A stretch of DNA of 60,105 nucleotides, counting the filler. It is 7 parts of 7 records of this genome, joined end to end, with 100 filler letters (N's around TTAATTAATTAA, not from the genome) between each part and the next. Parts side by side here need not be neighbours in the genome. Positions count along the whole stretch, not along the records: positions 54,462 to 60,105 come from SRR31156797_14712; 6 more parts are not named here. One strand, 5' to 3'. Shown in pieces: positions 56,096 to 60,105 of this stretch. The notes under the pieces are model-generated. The model searched no databases. It was not told the DNA's origin and saw only the letters and a program-made list of their open reading frames with translations. The position numbers were made by a program, and so were the translations under genes. The first letter of the stretch is position 1, and the number at the start of each line of letters is the position of its first letter.

Positions 56096-57658
56096 CTAAA
56101 TTTTTCTACGGCCCAGGAGTCCTTTTATGATTGTCCCAACCCAGGAGCCTTTCTGTTTTCTGTAGGATTTGCCTCCCAGGATCAGCTTCTCTATGGAAAT
56201 CTCCCTGAGAGCGCTTGCGGGCTCGGTATAGGGATTTCGGGAGAGTATGACCATATCGGCAATCTTTCCCTCCTCCAGCGTTCCCCTTTCATCCTCGTCA
56301 AAGGTCACCCTGTAACCATTATATGTAGCCATCCTCAAAGCCTGCTGAACAGTAAGGGACTGCTCTTTCTCGCTATGGTTGCAGGCATTGTGAATCCATA
56401 ACATCGGATCCGGATCGGTACAGGGGGCATCGGAACCCATGGACATGACGATATTGTTATCGGCGAAGGTTTTCAGCGGATTCAGCTGAGCTTCTCTATC
56501 TCCCAGGATTTTCTTCAGGTAGCTGCCCGGTTCCTGGGGCCACTCTATAAAAGAGGTCTGCAGGGGGATCTGTATTTCGTATTTCCGGCAGATTTCAATA
56601 CCTTCTTCCGTGGGCAGGCAGGCGTGGATGATCCCGTGTCTGTGATCCTCTCTGGGAAAATCATCAAGGGCGGCCTTTAAGGCTTTTGTCGCCTGATCAA
56701 AGGCGGCATCTCCTATGGCATGGAGTTCGATCTGCAATCCGGCCCTGTTGGCTTTCTTACAGAATTCCGTAACCTCCCTATCTGAGTAGTAGAGAATCCC
56801 CCTGTTCTCCGTTCCCTCATAGGGAGTGTTCAGGGCAGCATCTTCGGAACCGTAACATCCATCCAGAGCCGTCGCAAAACAGCCGCCGATCCGGGGGAGC
56901 TTTCTTTTCAGAACCTTCTGAACATCCATCGTCTGGAAGAACAGGCGCAGCTGAAAACCGTTTTGAGCACTGCGGCCGACATAGCGCTCCATATCCACAT
57001 CCAGATCTTTGGGAAATCCCACCCCGCTGACCGTGTGAATCATCCCTATGCCCCTGGATGCCATAAAGTCTATGGAGTTCTTCATGGACTTCACCAGCTC
57101 TTTTACGGGAATGGCATTGCTGACAAAATCCGAAACAGCAAAGAAACTCTCCTGATTCATCTCCCCCGATTCCGGGTTGTATCCCCGCAACTTATTTGTT
57201 TCTTGTGGCAGCATCTCAAGAAGGGGGGTGTTTATAATACAGGCATGGCCGTCATACTTTACCACCATAATGGGGCGATCCCCGGAGACCGCATCCAGTT
57301 CCTCCCGGTTTAATAGCCGCTTCTCTTCAACCGAATGGGGAGAAGCGCCAAAGGCGATGACAACCTTTGAAGAGTTGCCGGGAAGAAAATCCTGCAGCAT
57401 CTTCTGGATCTGTAAATTGCTTTCGGCATCCATGACATTCAAGCCTGTCTGAAACAGGGCCATACTGGCAAAGTGCAGATGGGAATCCACAAATGAAGGG
57501 CAAAGGGCCCCGGCCCCCAGATCTAGGATTTCTTCTTTTTTATACTGATCGGGAAGGCTATCCCCCGTATAGATGATGCGGCCTTTATCTTCTACAAGAT
57601 ATTTGTGGACCAGATGTTCTGCTGTGCAGGTAAGGATGGCTCCCTGGTAGATAGTCAT
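56096..57658 (-). CDS. Amidohydrolase 3 (YtcJ/NfdA-like) metallo-hydrolase
   Basis: P.FVDSHLH (HxH), DGH, LDG..GS..AAL..PY, HAIGD.A, RH.IIH, GSDAP, G.LE.GK.AD.VIL. AGGAG RBS; stop is 2 nt from the eutA start. Confidence 0.9.
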   Translation of the reverse strand: MTIYQGAILTCTAEHLVHKYLVEDKGRIIYTGDSLPDQYKKEEILDLGAGALCPSFVDSHLHFASMALFQTGLNVMDAESNLQIQKMLQDFLPGNSSKVVIAFGASPHSVEEKRLLNREELDAVSGDRPIMVVKYDGHACIINTPLLEMLPQETNKLRGYNPESGEMNQESFFAVSDFVSNAIPVKELVKSMKNSIDFMASRGIGMIHTVSGVGFPKDLDVDMERYVGRSAQNGFQLRLFFQTMDVQKVLKRKLPRIGGCFATALDGCYGSEDAALNTPYEGTENRGILYYSDREVTEFCKKANRAGLQIELHAIGDAAFDQATKALKAALDDFPREDHRHGIIHACLPTEEGIEICRKYEIQIPLQTSFIEWPQEPGSYLKKILGDREAQLNPLKTFADNNIVMSMGSDAPCTDPDPMLWIHNACNHSEKEQSLTVQQALRMATYNGYRVTFDEDERGTLEEGKIADMVILSRNPYTEPASALREISIEKLILGGKSYRKQKGSWVGTIIKGLLGRRKI

Positions 57659-57747
57659 TCGTTTTTCTCCTGATCGGTGTCTATCAGCATAACATGGAAC
57701 CGGATTGTCTTCACACCCATTCTCTATCAGGATTTTCTCCCAAACTA

Positions 57748-57776
57748 TTGAAATATAACAAATAATATATTAAATT
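57748..57776 (+). promoter_or_regulatory. Sigma70-like promoter overlapped by an AT-rich inverted repeat
   Basis: TTGAAA-N17-TAAATT. ATATATT-N6-AATATAT overlaps the -10 element. Confidence 0.45.
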
Positions 57777-57819
57777 AAATATATATAGATTTGAAGGAGA
57801 CTCCTTAGAGAAATTCAAT

Positions 57820-58419
57820 ATGAGAAAGAGATACACTTACTTCTTTATACTGACTATTGCCTATTTCCTCATACCGTTTATCAATATCAGTCTGGCTCTT
57901 GCCGGTTTTGTCTGTCTGGGGCTTCCCTTTGTGATCCTGGCATCAACCGGGCGAAGGGACTGGTGTTCTTCCTACTGTCCCCGTTCCTATTGGCTGGGGA
58001 TGGCCGGGAAATGGGGGCGGAACCGGAAAGCTCCCGGGAGATTGCTTTCTTCAAAGGTGAAAAAGGGATTTCTGATTTTTTTCGGGATCAATTTCCTTTT
58101 TATAACGATGTCATCCGTTATGGTGGGGCTGGGACGGATGGAGCCGATGGATGTTATCCGGTTTTTTATTGTGATACCGACAAACTGGCGCCTGCCCCAG
58201 CTGTTGGTCTGGGAATCTATTCCACCGGTGATCCTTCACCTTTCCTACCGGATGTACTCGGTTATGCTGAGTTCAATGCTGGCTGGTACGGTGATGGCTA
58301 TATTGTATAAACCCCGAACCTGGTGTGCCGTCTGTCCGGTGAATACCATGTCCGGGATTATTCTAAAGAAAATGAATCAGGGTCCCGAATCTGTGAGGAC
58401 TCTGGGAGGTGAATTATGA
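57820..58419 (+). CDS. Membrane 4Fe-4S-binding protein (Fer4_5 / NapH-like CP motifs)
   Basis: TM helices with GRRDWCSSYCP and PRTWCAVCP motifs. AAGGAG upstream. Confidence 0.8.
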   Translation: MRKRYTYFFILTIAYFLIPFINISLALAGFVCLGLPFVILASTGRRDWCSSYCPRSYWLGMAGKWGRNRKAPGRLLSSKVKKGFLIFFGINFLFITMSSVMVGLGRMEPMDVIRFFIVIPTNWRLPQLLVWESIPPVILHLSYRMYSVMLSSMLAGTVMAILYKPRTWCAVCPVNTMSGIILKKMNQGPESVRTLGGEL

Positions 58420-59144
58420 TGAGAAAACTGATTGTTCTTTTAGCGGCTCTTTTATTGCTGATCGCCTGCGGGACCAATGGTGCTGCGGCTGCTCCGGAGG
58501 CCGGAGATGTTTCAATGTCCCAGGACTCTTCCTCAGAATCGGAAGCCGGCGAAATCTCGGGATATCTGAAAGATGGTTTGCGCTATCTTCCTGTTCCCGG
58601 GGATAATGCGGAGCTGATAGTTTATCGGGGCGATTACGTTCTATTTGAACTGACAGGAAATGATTCCGTTGTTTTTTCCGTCCCCGATCTCGGGATTGAT
58701 GTGGAACTCCCGAAACCGGCGGAGGAAAAACCCTATGTGAAGATCAAGGAGAGCGGTGTTTATCCTTTCTCTCTGGGCGAGCGTTCCGGAGTTCTTACTG
58801 TTAAGGAGCTGGAAGCTTCCGGTTACACCGAGTTAACGGCTGAGGAGGCTCTGAGCCTGATAGAGTCGACCAGCCCTCTTATCCTTGACGTTCGGACTCC
58901 CGGCGAGTACGAGTCGGCCCGAATTCCCGGTGCCGTGCTGCTTCCGGTTCAGGTTCTGGAGCAGAATCTGGCCCAGCTGGAACCCTACAAGGATGAGGTT
59001 ATCTTCGTCTACTGTGCCTCGGGAAACAGGTCTACCGTGGCCTCCCGGATTATGCTGGAAGAGGGATTCACCCGGCTCTACAACCTGCGAAGGGGGATCG
59101 GTGACTGGGCTTCAAAGGGATTACCGACGGTCTCCGGGGAATAG
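58416..59144 (+). CDS. Rhodanese-domain lipoprotein (sulfurtransferase)
   Basis: Lipobox LIAC, an extra beta-rich middle domain, LDVRTP.EY...RIPGA, catalytic loop CASGNRS, NL..GI..W. Confidence 0.88.
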   Translation: MMRKLIVLLAALLLLIACGTNGAAAAPEAGDVSMSQDSSSESEAGEISGYLKDGLRYLPVPGDNAELIVYRGDYVLFELTGNDSVVFSVPDLGIDVELPKPAEEKPYVKIKESGVYPFSLGERSGVLTVKELEASGYTELTAEEALSLIESTSPLILDVRTPGEYESARIPGAVLLPVQVLEQNLAQLEPYKDEVIFVYCASGNRSTVASRIMLEEGFTRLYNLRRGIGDWASKGLPTVSGE

Positions 59145-59753
59145 GTGAACGATATGGACGACCATAAATTCAACCCGAAAAAGCTGGAGAAACTGAATGA
59201 TCCCAGGCGTTTGAAGATGATTCCGCCCGACCGGATCTGGGAAAAATTCTGTAAGGGAGAGGACCGGAGCGATTCGGTCCTCCTTGATATTGGTGCAGGG
59301 ACGGGACTTTTCAGCCGTGCCTTCTCCGACCTGATGAAGAGTTCTGGTGATAGGAGCTTCCGTCAAATCCATGCGCTGGATATTTCAGAGGTTATGATCG
59401 GCTGGATGGAGGATAATGTGGTTCCGGATTATCCGGATATCATTCCCCGGCTGATGGGAGAGAGTCAAATCCCCCTTACCGACAGTATTGCGGATTTTGC
59501 GTTGATGATTACACTCCATCATGAACTGGAGGCGCCTGCTGCCCTCCTTTCCGAGGTTTTCAGGGTCCTGAAACCCGGGGGACGTGTGGCCATCGTTGAC
59601 TGGAAGAATGTGTCGACGCCCTTCGGACCTCCCGTTGAAATCCGTGTTCCGGCGGAGGAGATCGCCGGGCAACTTGAATCTGCAGGATTTACCGGGATTG
59701 AGGTGGATAGTGGGCTTGAGATGATGTCCCTGGTGGTTGGTGAAAAAGTTTGA
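59145..59753 (+). CDS. Class I SAM-dependent methyltransferase
   Basis: LDIGAGTG motif I, ALDIS..M, LHHEL, RVLKPGG...IVDW, GPP...R. Confidence 0.9.
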   Translation: MNDMDDHKFNPKKLEKLNDPRRLKMIPPDRIWEKFCKGEDRSDSVLLDIGAGTGLFSRAFSDLMKSSGDRSFRQIHALDISEVMIGWMEDNVVPDYPDIIPRLMGESQIPLTDSIADFALMITLHHELEAPAALLSEVFRVLKPGGRVAIVDWKNVSTPFGPPVEIRVPAEEIAGQLESAGFTGIEVDSGLEMMSLVVGEKV

Positions 59754-59979
59754 GGATAATGAATTCAAGATTGTGCCCTTGTCGGATGAGGAAAAGCTGA
59801 AGTTCCGGGAAGCGGCTTTGAACACCGGAAGAAAGGATATGCGTATGAATATCCGGATGTCCGCCGTTGATATGAATAAACTGAAGGCCCGGGCCCTGCG
59901 GGAGGGCATTCCCTATCAGACTCTTGTTTCAAGTATCCTGCATAAATATGTGAACAACCGGCTCCGCGAGGTTTCCTGA
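59737..59979 (+). CDS. CopG/RHH-type antitoxin (BrnA-like), orphan and possibly N-terminally shortened
   Basis: KD.RMNIRMS..D...LK.RAL.EGIPYQTLVSSILHKY signature. No toxin ORF upstream; overlaps the methyltransferase 3' end. Confidence 0.7.
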   Translation: MVKKFEDNEFKIVPLSDEEKLKFREAALNTGRKDMRMNIRMSAVDMNKLKARALREGIPYQTLVSSILHKYVNNRLREVS

Positions 59980-60105
59980 GCCTTAATCAATAGACAGCTT
60001 CTTATCTCCCCATCTCTCCACGCCAAATTTACAGGATTACTCAATTTGAAGAAAAAACAGGTCGTTTTTGGCGATTTAAAATATGTTTTTTCTCCAAATC
60101 GAGAA

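Noticed and set aside
57659..57745. Cobalamin riboswitch or EutV/ANTAR dual hairpins in the eut operon leader
   Set aside because: The leader is short and shows neither a B12-box nor AGCAANGRRGCY-type loops.

Overview
This window is not one locus. It is seven unrelated contig fragments joined by six artificial 100-nt spacers (44 N + TTAATTAATTAA + 44 N), probably from a marine or anoxic-sediment metagenome. All taxonomy below is inferred from gene content and base composition. (1) 1-14573, Vibrionaceae-like: DMT transporters, a sensor kinase with a REC-DUF3369-GGDEF*-EAL partner, pxpBC, two diguanylate cyclases, a REC-CheC protein, PilZ, a DUF2753 / Fur box / Mn-type SOD divergon, a GNAT with an internal amber stop, and tRNA-Val(GAC). 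(2) 14674-20732, Bacteroidota: two LytS-type kinases, a LytTR regulator and an FN3/InlB-repeat T9SS cargo protein. (3) 20833-26349: a polysaccharide locus with three GT4 glycosyltransferases and two tandem sulfotransferases. (4) 26450-32489, Desulfobulbales-like: hybrid kinase and NtrC-type activator, then a sigma54 promoter ahead of a triple-CheW and a Cys-rich PAS chemosensory gene. (5) 32590-40336, AT-rich diderm (Fusobacteriota-like): CarO-like outer-membrane protein, Crp/Fnr with a Cys-rich insert, flavodoxin, cupin and tandem hybrid kinases. (6) 40437-54361, Desulfobacterales-like: GAF-PilB/GspE ATPase, ACT, paaK, enoyl-CoA hydratase, amidase, mutS, LapA-like, UPF0280, HD and RimK-like genes. 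(7) 54462-60105, Spirochaetota-like: an amidohydrolase-eutA-eutB operon, a divergent 4Fe-4S/rhodanese/methyltransferase operon and an orphan antitoxin. I saw no CRISPR array, transposase, integrase or rRNA. Best leads: a YtcJ-type amidohydrolase heading an ethanolamine-lyase operon, a Crp/Fnr with CC-x3-C-x8-C next to its HTH, a hairpin that may be both terminator and sigma54 enhancer, and 15-bp inverted repeats bracketing the Fur-box DUF2753/SOD unit.
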